A stretch of DNA of 64,000 bases from Macrostomum lignano (taxonomy: Eukaryota): NCBI GenBank assembly GCA_002269645.1, contig NIVC01000222.1, positions 62,001 to 126,000 on the forward strand, written 5' to 3'. The first letter of the stretch is position 1. The number at the start of each line of letters is the position of its first letter. The notes below the pieces were generated by a model. The model did no database searches, had not been told where the DNA came from, and saw only the letters and a program-made list of their open reading frames with translations. The position numbers and the translations under genes were made by a program. Below, piece by piece: positions 46,081 to 59,235 of the stretch.

Positions 46081-47795
46081 GTGGGTGCAGCACAAGGCCT
46101 AGAACAGTGTATGCCCCGCACAATCTTTTCTTGTAGAAAAGGCAATTCTCACCTCCCCACTGAGTCTTTGAACCGCGCTTCCTTTTATTTCCTATAGATT
46201 TTCTTACTCGTGTAGCATGATCATCAATGTCTAAATTGTTAAAATATTAACCAAAATTTCAAAATGATTTTCGATGAATGGTGTCGAAATTTGAAATTGA
46301 AATTGAAATTATTTCGATGCAAAATTAGTTTCAAAATTCGGAATATCAAAATCGAAATCGAACTTGAATAACTATGACACCTTTCAGTGACATAAATGTT
46401 GCATCATCTAATTAGTTATCATATTAGTGCTGTAAATTAATTTACTTACAAGATTCAATCTATCTTGGGCTTATACTATATCTATCTAGTATCTGAATTG
46501 AATGGAACTTAATTCTTATATATCTTATCTAACTAATTCCAATTACTAATACTAACTGACATTACATTTGTGCAATTTGATAACTTTACTGTGTTTGTGT
46601 ATAGTGCATGTAAAGTCCGTTGCATTTGCATTTAAAAAAACAAAGTAATGATTACACTTAAACAATGATTGCCTAAAAATGTTTCTGCAACTTAAGTTTA
46701 AATGACTCAAAGGTCCTGAAGTACTTAATTACACTTTAAAAATATATTTTATTCCAAGAATAGACAATTGTCAAAACAAACAATATGACATTGAATTTTG
46801 TGTTTTCATTTTTTAATTTACTTTTTTTTCAAAAGTTTTATTTCTTTATGTTATATGTTTGCAAATCAAAATGTTTGCATAATTTTGTTTTTTATTTTTT
46901 CATATTCAGAAGGATTTCTAAAAGAGTGAGACTTTTTTCGGATTTAGATATTCCGATCCATCGCTAATTTTGACTCTTTACAAATATAAACTATAAACAG
47001 AGCTAGATAATTTTTGACCAATAAATGTGTCATAATCAGTAATAATACTTCAGCTGACTTTAAGGTTGTATGATTCATTCTTGTTGCTTTAGTCTGTTTA
47101 GTTTTTTAATAGGATAAATTTACCATACTGTAGGTATAGTTTTATATTGCTAACTTTATTTAGAATCAATGATAACCTTCTAGCAGCCTTAAAAAAACCT
47201 TAAAAAACAAGAAAAAATGATCTAGGACAAAAATGGCTGCAATTTGATAGATAGACCATAGTTTACAAGACATTAATTAATTTGATTTGTGTCATTGCTA
47301 TACAATAAAAAATATAATTAGCCACAAAAGAGTTAAATTATTCTTAGTCATTCTGTTAACTTGTTTAAGTAGTTACCAATAATTCTTTCATTCTATTAAC
47401 ATATGATTCTATGATACTTAAAATGTGCTCTGACTTAAAAAGACCCCATGATCTATAATATTAATATATCTTTTTACCTTTGTATTACTATATTTTGGTA
47501 AAAGTTTTGCACTTTTGGGAAATATTTAGTACAGGCAGTTTAGCACCTAAAGTTTCATTTTCAAGTACTAGAACTAGAAGTACTAGACTTTTCAAAAAGT
47601 AACTTCTAATACCAAAAGTGCCAGAAGTGTGAGAACTGTGCCCAACACTAGAAATCATAAATATTTTTTTTTCAATTGCATATGCAAGCATACATGTGCA
47701 ATTACATGTTTGCTAATATTTAAAGTATAATTAGACTTGGTAAGGCTGTAGCATATCTTCAATAAGATAATTCAACATATTAAACAAATTTTCAG

Positions 47796-50700
47796 GAGAA
47801 CTCCACTGTTAGTGTAAGAGTTGCTCGTGGTCTGAATGGGCATTTAGAAGGTCTACTAGATGAGACTGATTGGTCTGGAGAATTCTGCTTTGTACAAGCA
47901 GCTGATACTCAGTTTGGACTTATTAGCCGGTATGTTTTTATTTTATTCTTTTAATAAATGTACTTTTCAAACTAATGAATTTAAGCTTATAAACTCCATA
48001 ATTATATACTGTTGTGTCAGGAATAAAATAAATAACCACCAATAGAGCAAGGTCTCAAAGCCTGCTCAAGGTCTGTCTTTTACTGTCTTCTTTCTTCTCT
48101 TTTTTTCTTCTCCTCTCCTCTCCTTTCTCCCTATCTCTCTTCTCCATCTGGCAATGGAGGTAAAAGAATTCACTATAGTTCACTACTAGCAATCTTCGCC
48201 CCCCGATGGGGGACATCTGGTTAGAATCCTTGTTCTTTACAAATAACAAATAGACAGCGAACTAAAGCCTTCAAAAAACAACAACAGACATTCCCTCTAA
48301 AAACAAAACATCCCAAGACAGCAAGCATCCTCAGACAGCATTCAAGCATCGATCCCAAAATAGCAAGCATCCCCCAGGTAGCAAGCATCCCCCCGATAGC
48401 AAGCAACCCCAGATAGCAAGCATCCCCCAGACCCCAGATAGTAAGCATTCCCCCAGACCCCAGATAGCAAGCATTCCCCCAGACCCCAGATAGTAAGCAT
48501 CCCCCAGATAGCAAGCATCCCCCAGATCGCAAGCATCCCCCAGATCGCAAGCATCCCCCAGATAGCAAGCACCCCAAATAGTAAGCATCCACCATACAAT
48601 AAGTAAAGTAGCTAGTGCTACAATTTCCTTAGCTCTATAGTGGCTCCTTTAAAATTGGCATGACGCTTACTTTTACGTTTGAAATTGTGTAAATTTTATG
48701 TTTGACATGGTGGCTCTTTAATGTTTGACATGGTGGCTTTTTAATGTTTGACATGGTGGCTCTTTAATGTTTGACATGGTGGCTCTTTTATGTTCTACAT
48801 GGTGGCTCTCTTATGTTTGATTCAGGGTTTTTTTAATGTCTGACATGGTGTCTCTTTATTGTTTGACATGGTGGCGTTTTACTGTTTGACATTATGGCTC
48901 TTTAATTTTTGACATGGTGGCTCTTTTATGTTTGAAATGGTGGCTCTTTATGTTAGACATGGTGGCTCTTTAATGTTCGACATGGTGGCTCTTTAATGTT
49001 AGACATGATGGCTCTTTAATGTTTGACATTGCGGCTCTTTTAATGTTTGACATGGTGGCTCTTTTATGTTGGACATGGTGGCTCTTTTTTGCTTGACATG
49101 GTGGCTCTTTACTGTTTGACATGGTGGCTCTTTAATGTTCGAAATGGTGGCTCTTTAATGTTTGACATGATGGCTCTTTTATGTTTGACATGGTGGCTCT
49201 TTTATGTTGGACATAGTGGTTCTTTAATGTTCGACATTGGTTGCTCTTTTATGTTCAAAAAGGTGGCTTTTTAATGTTAGACATGGTGGCTCTTTAATGT
49301 TCGACATGGTGGCTCTTTAATGTTAGACATGGTGGCTCTTTATTGTTCGACATGATGGCTCTTTAATGTTTGACATTGCGGCTCTTTAATGTTTGACATG
49401 GTGGCTCCTTTATGTTTGACATGGTGGCTCTTTTTTGATTGACATGGTGGCTCCTTTATGTTTGACATGATGGCTCTTTTATGTTTGACATGGTGGCTCT
49501 TTAATGTTTTACGTGGTGGCTCTTTAATGTTCTTCATGGTAGCTCTTTTATGTTTGACATGGAGTCACGAATATACTTGACATGGTGACTCGTTATTGTT
49601 CGACATGGTGGCTCTTCTATGTTTGACATGGTAGCACTTTAATGTTTGACATGCTGGCTCTATAATGTTTGACATGGAGTCACATATATGTTGGACATGG
49701 TGGCTCTTTAATGTTCGACATGGTGGCTCTTTAATGTTTGACATGGTGGCTCTTCAATGTTTGACATGATGGCTCTTCAATGTTTGACATTGCGGCTCTT
49801 TAATGTTTGACATGGTGGCTCCTTTATGTTTGACATGGTGGCTGTTTTAAGTTTGACATGGTGGCTCTTTTTTGATTGACATGGTGGCTCCTTTATGTTT
49901 GACATGATGGCTCTTTTATATTTGACATGGTGGCTCTTTTATGTTTGACATGGTGGCTGTTTTATGTTTGACATGGTGGCTCTTCTATGTTTGACATGGT
50001 GGCTCTTTAATGTTCTACATGGTGGCTCTCTTATGTTTGATTCGGGTTTTTTTTAATGTCTGACATGGTGTCCCTTTATTGTTTGACATAGTGGCTCTTT
50101 TATGTTTGACATGATGGCTCTTTAATGTTCGACATGGTGGCTCTTTAATGTTTGACATGGTGGCTCTTTAATGTTTGACCTGGTGGCACCTTAATGTAAT
50201 GATGGCTCTTTAATGTTTGAAATGGTGGCTCTTTAATGTTCGACATGGTGGCTCCTTTATGTTTAACATGGTGCTCTTAAATGTTTGACATCGTGGCTCT
50301 TTAATGTTTGACATGGTGGCTCTCTAGTGTTTCACATGGAGTCACGTCTGTGTTTGACATGGAGTCACGTATATATTTGGCATGGAGTCACGTATATGCT
50401 TTTCATGGTGGCTCTTTTATGTTTGACATGGTGGGTCTTTAATGCTTGACATGGTGGCTCTTTAATTTTTGACATGATGGCTCTTTAATGTTCGACATGA
50501 TGGCTGTTTAATGTTTGTTATGTAGTCATGTGTATATGTTTTACATGGTGGCTCTTTTATGTGTGACATGGAGTCACGTATATATTTGACATGGAGTCAC
50601 ATATATGTTTGACATGATGGCTCTTTTATGTTTGACATGGTGGCTCTTTTATGTTTGACATGGTGGCTGTTTTATGTTTGACATGGTGGCTCTTCTATGT

Positions 50701-53700
50701 TTGACATGGTGGCTCCTTAATGTTCTACATGGTGGCTCTCTTATGTTTGATTCGGGTTTTTTTTAATGTCTGACATGGTGTCCCTTTATTGTTTGACATA
50801 GTGGCTCTTTTATGTTTGACATGATGGCTCTTTAATGTTCGACATGGTGGCTCTTTAATGTTTGACATGGTGGCTCTTTAATGTTTGACCTGGTGGCACC
50901 TTAATGTAATGATGGCTCTTTAATGTTTGAAATGGTGGCTCTTTAATGTTCGACATGGTGGCTCCTTTATGTTTAACATGGTGCTCTTAAATGTTTGACA
51001 TCGTGGCTCTTTAATGTTTGACATGGTGGCTCTCTAGTGTTTCACATGGAGTCACGTCTGTGTTTGACATGGAGTCACGTATATATTTGGCATGGAGTCA
51101 CGTATATGCTTTTCATGGTGGCTCTTTTATGTTTGACATGGTGGGTCTTTAATGTTTGACATGGTGGCTCTTTAATTTTTGACATGATGGCTCTTTAATG
51201 TTCGACATGATGGCTGTTTAATGTTTGTTATGTAGTCATGTGTATATGTTTTACATGGTGGCTCTTTTATGTGTGACATGGAGTCACGTATATATTTGAC
51301 ATGGAGTCACATATATGTTTGACATGGTGGCTCTTTAGTGTTCGATATGGTGGCTGTTTAATGTTTGACATAGTGGCTATTTTATGTTTGACATAGTGGC
51401 TCTTTAATGTCTGACATGGTGGCTCTTTAATGTTTGACATGGTGGCTCTTTTATGTTCGACATGGTGGCTCTTTAATGTACGACATAATGGCTCGTTTAT
51501 TTTCGACATGGTGGCTCTTTAGTGTTTGACATGGCTTTTTAATGTTTGACATGGTGGCTCTTTTATGCTTGACATGGTGGCTCTTTAACGTTCGACATGG
51601 TGGCTCTTTAATGTTTGACATGGTGGCTCTTTTATGCTTGACATGGTGGCTCTTTAATGTTTGACATAAAGTCACTTATACATGGTGTCTCTTAAATATT
51701 AGACATGGTGGCTCGTTTAGGTTTGACATGTTGGCTCTTTTATGTTTGACATGGTGGCTCTTTTATGTTCGACATGGTGGCTCTTTTTTGTTCTACATGG
51801 TAACTCTTTTATGTTTGATACGGTGGCTTTTTAATATCTGACATGGTGGCTCATCTATGTTTGACATTGTGGCTCTTCTGTGTTTGACATGGTGGCTGTT
51901 TAATGTTTGACATGGTGGCTCTTTAATGTACGACATAATGGCTCGTTTAAGTTGGACATGGTGGCTTTTTAATGTTTGACATGGTAGCTCTGTTATGTTC
52001 GACATGGTGGCTCTTTTAGGTTTGACATGGTGGCTCTTAAATGTTTCACATGGTGGCTCTTAAATGTCTTACATGGTGGCTCTTTTATGTTTGACAATGT
52101 GGCTGTTTAATGTTTTACATGGCGGCTCTTTTATGTTCGACATGGTGGCTCTTTAATGTTTGACATGCTAGCTCTTTAATGTTCGACATAGTGGCTCTTT
52201 TATGTTTGGCATGGTGGCTATTTAATGTTCTTCATGGTGGCTCTTTTACGTTTGACATGGTGGGTCTTTAATGTTCGACGTGGTGGCTCTTTAATTTTCG
52301 AAATGGTGACTCTTTTATGTTTCACATGGTGGCTCTTTAATGTTTGACATAGAGTGACGTATATGTTTTACATGGTGCCCATGTAATGTTTGACATGGTG
52401 CCTCTTTTATGTTTGACATTGTGCTTTTTTATGTTTAGCAGTTTCGTGTTTTCAAGGTGTTTTAATAAAAAAATCTTTTTGCAGCACTAAGATTGGAACC
52501 CAGGTCGCTGCATTAGCATTCCAGTCTGTTCGCATCTATGCTATCTCTTTTCAATTGGCGAACATGATTTGTGGCCCTTATAATTCAATGCTTACAGCAA
52601 GTTGGTTAGAGTAAAAAGTTATGACATAATCAATTTCTTAGTCAGCCAGTATCAGTGTCAATTTAAGTTAGCAATATTGTTACGCAATTTCAATCAAGTT
52701 GTGTGTGCATTTCTTTGGCACTGTTTTCAACTTGTTGTGATGCAATCTTTATCAGAATTGAAATTCAGTCAGTCAGTTTTTTCTCTAGCATTCTTACAAT
52801 GCATTTCAGATCGAAAGAGCCGCTTGACCTTTGCGAAAAAGCCTGTTTTTCGAATATTTAATCCCTTTAATATTGAGCAATTTTTTAGCCAAGATGCATG
52901 TACCGTCCCAGGAAAATTTCTGATCGAATGGTGCAAGTTTGAAGAAAATCGGTTGAGCCATTTTTTCTGAAATCTATCGCATACCTACCCACATACATAC
53001 AGACAACTCATTTTTAGTATATAGGATTGTCTACCCACCCCGCTTTTCCAGCTCGGCCTGGCAGTGGGCCAGCTGCTGCTGCTCGCCCTCGCCCAGTTCC
53101 CCGACCTGCCGGTGCCGAACGCGCTGGCCTTCGGCCTCCTGACCTTCAGCTGCTCACCTGGCGGCTCAGGCAGCAACATGTGGACCTACACATCTGGATA
53201 GAATCTCTGTTCTCTACAAGTAACAAAAAGACAGCCAGAAAATCCTTCACAAAGAGCCAGACAAACTGCTCAAATGAAGTGAATTGCAATAAGAAATCTT
53301 CCCAAGACCACAAGCATCCCCCAGATAGCAAGCATTCCCCAGATAGCAAGCATCCCTCAAATAGCAAGCATCCCCCAGATAGCAAGCATCCCCCAGATAG
53401 CAAGCATCCCCCAGATAGCAAGCATCCCCCAGATAGCAAACATCCCCCAGCCAGATAGCAAGCATCCCCCAGATAGCAAGCATTCCCCAGATAGCAAACA
53501 TTCCCCAGATAGCAAGCATTCCCCAGATAGCAAGCATCCCTCAGATAGCAAGCATACCCCAAATAGCAAGCATCCCTCAGATAGCAAGCATCCCTCAGAT
53601 AGCAAGCATCCCCCAGATAGCAAGCATCACTCAGATAGCAAGCATCCCTCAGATAGCAAGCATCCACCAGATAGCAAGTATCCCTCAGATAGCAAGCATC

Positions 53701-56700
53701 CCCCAAATTGCAAGCATCGCCCAGATAGCAAGCATCCCCCAGAAAGCAAGCATCCTCCAAATAGCAAGCATCCCCCAGATAGCAAGCATCACTCAGATAG
53801 CAAGCATCCCTCAGATAGCAAGCATCCACCAGATAGCAAGCATCCCTCAGATAGCAAGCATCCCCCAAATTGCAAGCATCGCCCAGATAGCAAGCATCCC
53901 CCAGAAAGCAAGCATCCCCCAAATAGCAACCATCCACCAGACAAAAAGTAGCTAGAGCGACAATTTCCTTAGCTTTATAGTGGCTCCTTTAAATTGGCAT
54001 GGCGCTTTATACCTTTACATTTGAAATTGTATATCTTGAATGTTTGACATGGTGGCTCTTTTATGTTTGACATGGTGGCTCTTTATTGTTCGACATGGTG
54101 GCTTTTTTATGTTTGACATGGTGGCTCTTGTATGTTCGACATGGTGGCTCTTTTAATGGTCGACATGGTGGCTCTTTAATGTTCTTCATGTTGGCTCTTT
54201 TATGTTTGACATGCTGGCTTTTTTATGTTTGACATGGTGGCTCTTTTATGTTCGACATGGTGGCTCTTTTATGTTCTACATGGCTGCTCTTTTATGTTCG
54301 ACATGGTGGCTCTTGTATGTTCGACATGGTCGCTCTTTTGGGTTTGAAATGGTGGCTCTTTAATATTTGACAAGGTGGCCCTTTAATGTTTAACATGGTG
54401 GCTCTTTAAATTTCGAAATGGTGGCTCCTTAATTTTCGAAATGGTGGCTGTTTTATGTTTGACATGGTGGCTCTTTAATGTTCGACATGGTGGCTCTTTA
54501 ATGTTCTTAATGGTGTCTGTTTTATGTTTGACATGGTGGCTCTTTATTGTTCGACATGGTGGCTCTTTAATTTTCGAAATGGTGGCTGTTTTATGTTTGA
54601 CATGGTGGCTCTTTAATATTTGACAAGGTGGCCCTTTAATGTTTAACATGGTGGCTCTTTAATTTTCGAAATGGTGGCTCCTTAATTTTCGAAATGGTGG
54701 CTCTTTTATGTTTGACATGGTGGCTCTTTAATGTTCGACATGGTGGCTCTTTAATGTTCGACATGGTGGCTCTTTAATGTTCTTAATGGTGTCTGTTTTA
54801 TGTTCGACATGGTGGCTCTTTTATGTTCGACATGGTGGCTCTTTAATGTTCGACATGGTAACTCTTTTATGTTTGATATGGTGGCTCTTTTATGTTCGAC
54901 ATGGTGGCTCTTTAATGTTCGACATGGTGGCTCCTTTAGGTTTGAAATGGTGGCTCTTTAATGTTTGACATTGTGGCTCTTTTATGTTCGACATGGTGGC
55001 TCTTTTAGGTTTGACATGGTGACTCTTAAATGTTTGACATGGTGGCTCTTTAATGTTTGACATGGTGGCTCTTTAATATTTGACATAAAGTCACATATAT
55101 GTTTGACATGGTGGCTCCTAAATGTTTGACATGGTGGCTCTTTAATGTTCGACATGGTGGCTCCTTAATTTTCGAAATGGTGGCTCCTTAATTTTCGAAA
55201 TGGTGGCTGCTTTATGTTTGACATGGTGGCTCTTTAATGTTTGACATGGTAACTCTTTTATGTTTGATATGGCTGCTCTTTTATGTTCGACATGGTGGCT
55301 CTTTAATGTTCGACATGGTGGCTCCTTTAGGTTTTAAATGGTGGCTCTTTAATGTTTGACATTGTGGCTCTTTTATGTTCGACATGGTGGCTCTTTTAGG
55401 TTTGACATGGTGACTCTTAAATGTTTGACATGGTGGCTCTTTAATGTTTGACATGGTGGCTCTTTAATATTTGACATAAAGTCACATATATGTTTGACAT
55501 GGTGGCTCCTAAATGTTTGACATGGTGGCTCTTTATGTTTGACATGGTGGCTCTTTTATGTTCGACATGGTGGATCTTTTTTGTTCTACATGGTAACTCT
55601 TTTATGTTTGATACGGTGGCTTTTGAATGTCTGACATGTTGGCTCTTTTATGTTTGACATGGTGGCTCTTAATTGTTTGACATAGTGGCTCTTTAATGTT
55701 CAAAATGGTGGCTCTTTAATGTTCGAAATGGTGGCTCTTTAATGTTCGAAATGGTGGCTGTTTTATGTTTGACATGGTGGCTCTTTTATGTTCGACATGG
55801 TGGCTCTTTAATGTTCGACATGGTAGCTCTTTAATGTTCGACATGGTAGCTCTTTTATGTTTGACATGGTAACTCTTTTATGTTCGATATGTTGGCTCTT
55901 CTATGTTTGACATTGCGCTTCTTTGATGTTTAGCAGTTTTGTTGTGTTTTTAAGGTGTTTTAATAAAAAAATCTTTTTGCACTACTATGATTCGAACCCA
56001 GGTCGCTACATTAGCATTCCAGTCTGTTCGCATCAGGGCTATCTCTTTTCAATTGGAGAACATGAATTGTGGCCCTTATAATTCAATTCTTACAGCAAGT
56101 CAATTGGAGTAAAAAGTTATGACATAATCAATTTCTCAGTCAGCCAGTATCAGTCTCAATTTAAGTTAGCAATATGGTTACGCAATTTAAATCAAGTCGT
56201 GTGTGCATTTCTTCGGTACTGTTTTCAACTTGTTGTGATGCAATCTTTATCAGAATTGAAATTCAGTCAGTCAGTTTTTTCTCTAGCATTCTTACAATGC
56301 ATTTCAGATCGAAAGAGCTGCTTGACCTTTGCAAAAAAGCATGTTTTTCGAATATTTAATCCCTTTAATATTGAGCAATTTTTTAGCCAAGATGCATGTA
56401 CCGTCCCAGGAAAATTTCTGATCGAATGGTGCAAGTTTGAAGAAAATCGGTTGAGCCATTTTTTCTGAAATCTATCGCATACCTACCTACCTACCTACCC
56501 ACAGACAACTCATTTTTAGTATATAGGAAGTTTGAAGAAAATCGGTTGAGCCATTTTTTCTGAAATCTATCGCATACCTACCTACCTACCTACCCACAGA
56601 CAACTCATTTTTAGTATATAGGATTATTAATTATCTACATATGATATTCTTCTATTTCTACTGTGACAAGTATAGCATATAGGATTTAATATAGTTAAAT

Positions 56701-59104
56701 TTTTCTTGAAGTTCAGACTGTCAGTTCATTTTCCACTATAATAATGCCTACTAAAAATACAAGTAATATTCTACTAGTCTACTTAAAGTAAACGGCGATG
56801 CAAAATCCCGCAGAAAAACAAGCTGATTAGTAATAATTCTTAATCAATATCAATGACAGCTACATCGACAAGGCGGATCCTCAGCCAGCGGATTCGCCAA
56901 CCAATCGCGATGCAGACATTGCCAAGGAGGTGCACTTAACTCGCCGACTTGTCAGCGAAGTAAACGCAATTTCGCCGGCGCCTCGTTTTCTCATCGTCTG
57001 CGGCGATATGATCGACGCATTTCCTGTTGCCGTTAGAGACGAGAATGGCGAACAGAGGCGCGAGCGGGAACAGAGGCGACAGCGTCAGCTGCGAGCGTTT
57101 GCTGACTGTTTTAGACAGTTGCGATCTGATATTCCTTTGGTGTGCGTCTGCGGCAATCACGATATTGGCGATGCGCCCACGCCTGAATCTGTGAGCAGCT
57201 CTTTGTATCTTGAGGACCTTTGGAATGAGAGATCCCCAGTTGCTGGGGCAGCCTCTAAGATCCACAGTTGCTGGGCCAGCCTTCCAGAGTGTCAGTTGCT
57301 GGGCCAGCCTCCCAGATCCTCAGTTGCTGGGCCAGCCTCCCAGCTCCTCAGTTGCTGGGCCAGCCTCCCAGATCCTCAGTTGCTGGGCCAGCCTCCCAAA
57401 TCCTCAATTGCTGGGCCAGCCTCCCAGATCCTCAGTTGCTGGGCCAGCCTCCCAAATCCTCAATTGCTGGGCCAGCCTCCCAGATCCTCAGTTGCTAGGC
57501 CAGCCTCCCAGCTCCTCAGTTGCTGGGCCAGCCTCCCAGATCCTCAGTTGCTGGGCCAGCCTCCCAAATCCTCAATTGCTGGGCCAGCCTCCCAGATCCT
57601 CAGTTGCTGGGCCAGCCTCCCAGATCCTCAGTTGCTGGGCCAGCCTCCCAAATCCTCAATTGCTGGGCCAGCCTCCCAGATCCTCAGTTGCTGGGCCAGC
57701 CTCCCAAATCCTCAATTGCTGGGCCAGCCTCCCAGATCCTCAGTTGCTAGGCCAGCCTCCCAGCTCCTCAGTTGCTGGGCCAGCCTCCCAGATCCTCAGT
57801 TGCTGGGCCAGCCTCCCAAATCCTCAATTGCTGGGCCAGCCTCCCAGATCCTCAGTTGCTGGGCCAGCCTCCCAGATCCCCAGTTGCTCGGCCAGCCTCC
57901 CAGATCCTCAGTTGCTAGGCCAGCCTCCCAGATCCTCAGTTGATGGGGCAGCCTCCCAGATCCTCAGTTGATGGGGCAGCCTCCCAGCTCCTCAGTTGCT
58001 GGGCCAGCCTCCCAGATCCTCACTTTCTGGACCAGCCTCCCAGATCCTCAGTTTCTGGGCCAGCCTCCCAGATATTCAGTTGCTGGGCCAGCCTCCCAAA
58101 TCCTCAATTGCTGGGCCAGCCTCCCAGATCCTCAGTTGCTGGGGCAGCCTCCCAGATCCTCAGTTGTTGGGGTAGCCTCTAAGATCCACAGTTGCTTGGC
58201 TAGGCTTCCAGAGTGTCAGTTGCTGGGCCAGCCTCCCAGATATTCAGTTGCTGGGCCAGCCTCCCAAATCCTGAATTGCTGGGCCAGCCTCTCAAATCCT
58301 TAGTTGCTGGGCCAGCCTCCAAGCTCCTCAGTTGCTAGGCCAGCCTCCCAGATCCTCACTTTCTGGACCAGCCTCCCAGATCCTCAGTTTCTGGGCCAGC
58401 CTCCCAGATCCTCAGTTGCTGGGGCAGCCTCCCAGATCCTCAATTGCTCGGCCAGCCTCCCAGATCCTCAGTTGCTGGGGCAGCCTCCCAGATCCTCAGT
58501 TGCCAGGCCCAGCCTCCTAGAGTGTCAGTTGCTGGGCCAGCCTTGGGTTATCATAAAAAAAACTCCAAAAACTCCGCCACAGGTGGGCATCTACCGTCAG
58601 ACTTGGGGCGACGACTACTTCGAGTTCTGGATCGGTGGCTGCCAGATGCTGGTAGTGAATTCTCAGTATTACGTCAACAGCAGCCAAGTACCGGAGGAGA
58701 AGTCCGCAATGACTCGCTGGCTGATGACGCGCCTCAGCCAGGGCAAACCGGCGCATCGCATTTTATTCATGCACGTGCCGCCGTTCCTTACTGACGCCCA
58801 CTCGGATGCCGACAGCTACTTCACTCTGCCCAAAGCTGACCGTCTGCCACTGCTGGACGCCTGCCTTGAGGCCGGAGTGTCGGCCATATTCTGCGGTCAC
58901 TATCATCGCAATGCTGGCGGAGTCTATCGGGATAAACTACCGGTTGTTGTCACTTCGGCTGTTGGCGCTCAGATTGGCAACGATCGTCATGGCTATCGTT
59001 TAGTAACCGTTGCTAAGGACGCTGTTCGGCATAGTTACGTTGATTTGGCGTGCGAACCGGTTAATCTAACGGATGGCGCGGATGGTTGCAAGGCGTGCCA
59101 GTGA
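47796..59104 (+). CDS. CPPED1: Calcineurin-like metallophosphoesterase CPPED1 (exons 47796-47929, 56860-57190, 58583-59104)
   Basis: WSGEFCFVQAADTQFGLI, PRFLIVCGDMIDA, PLVCVCGNHDIGDAPT, TWGDDYFEFWIGG, NSQYY, FMHVPPF and FCGHYHRNAGG follow human CPPED1 in order. Phases 2 and 0 join in frame at GT-AG sites. Confidence 0.92.
48310..48595. repeat. 18-bp satellite (ATAGCAAGCATCCCCCAG), array 1
   Basis: Direct reading. Confidence 0.9.
48698..52430. repeat. 23-bp satellite (GACATGGTGGCTCTTTAATGTTT), ~160 copies with an internal 710-bp duplication
   Basis: Period 23 (48727, 48750); the variant TTCGGGTTTT recurs at 50041 and 50751. Confidence 0.95.
53052..53189 (+). pseudogene. Orphan exon fragment of an SLC10 (sodium/bile-acid symporter family) gene
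   Basis: Acceptor CCGCTTTTCCAG, then LGLAVGQLLLLALAQFPDLPVPNALAFGLLTFSCSPGGSGSNMWTY (cf. SLC10 GCCPGGTASNILAY). It is fused to element sequence with a stop at 53199 and has no convincing donor site. Confidence 0.7.
53310..53940. repeat. 18-bp satellite (ATAGCAAGCATCCCCCAG), array 2, ~35 copies
   Basis: Direct reading. Confidence 0.95.
54038..55930. repeat. 23-bp satellite, array 2, ~80 copies with an internal 391-bp (17-mer) duplication
   Basis: The variant TGACATAAAGTCAC recurs at 55081 and 55472. Confidence 0.95.
57236..58545. repeat. Intronic 28-bp minisatellite (CAGTTGCTGGGCCAGCCTCCCAGATCCT), ~46 copies
   Basis: Period 28 (57321, 57349); it fills the last CPPED1 intron. Confidence 0.95.
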
Positions 59105-59235
59105 TTTGAGTTAAAGAATATTTTTTATGGTAGCTATCGATTTTGATAATTGATTTTTTCGAGAGCGTTTCGAACTAAATGTAGTGGAGGCTTAGAACTC
59201 TGAGTGGACATAGTAATCTTGGTTTTGTTGTCAAG

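Larger units (their letters stand above)
48185..53027 (+). mobile_element. Non-autonomous Helitron/Helentron-like (HINE/Lep1-type) element, copy 1, carrying 18-bp and 23-bp satellite arrays
   Basis: 5' ACTAGC followed by a CCCCC-GAT-GGGGG hairpin. 3' end AAAATCGGTTGAGCC..(CATA)n..CAGACAACTCATTTTTAGTATATAGGAT resembles Lep1/DINE-type ends. The same module order recurs at 53190-56624. Confidence 0.6.
53190..56624 (+). mobile_element. Helitron/HINE-like element, copy 2 (5'-truncated, duplicated 3' end)
   Basis: Starts ACATCTGG (cf. 48213). It has the same 18-bp array, linker (TAGCTAG..CAATTTCCTTAGC), 23-bp array and ~550-bp tail as copy 1. The terminal 95 bp are repeated (56433-56527, 56528-56622). 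Confidence 0.6.

Noticed and set aside
48698-55930. CRISPR-like array (23-bp repeats; likewise the 28-33-bp arrays elsewhere)
   Set aside because: Units are head-to-tail with no unique spacers, no cas genes are present, and the context is a eukaryotic intron.
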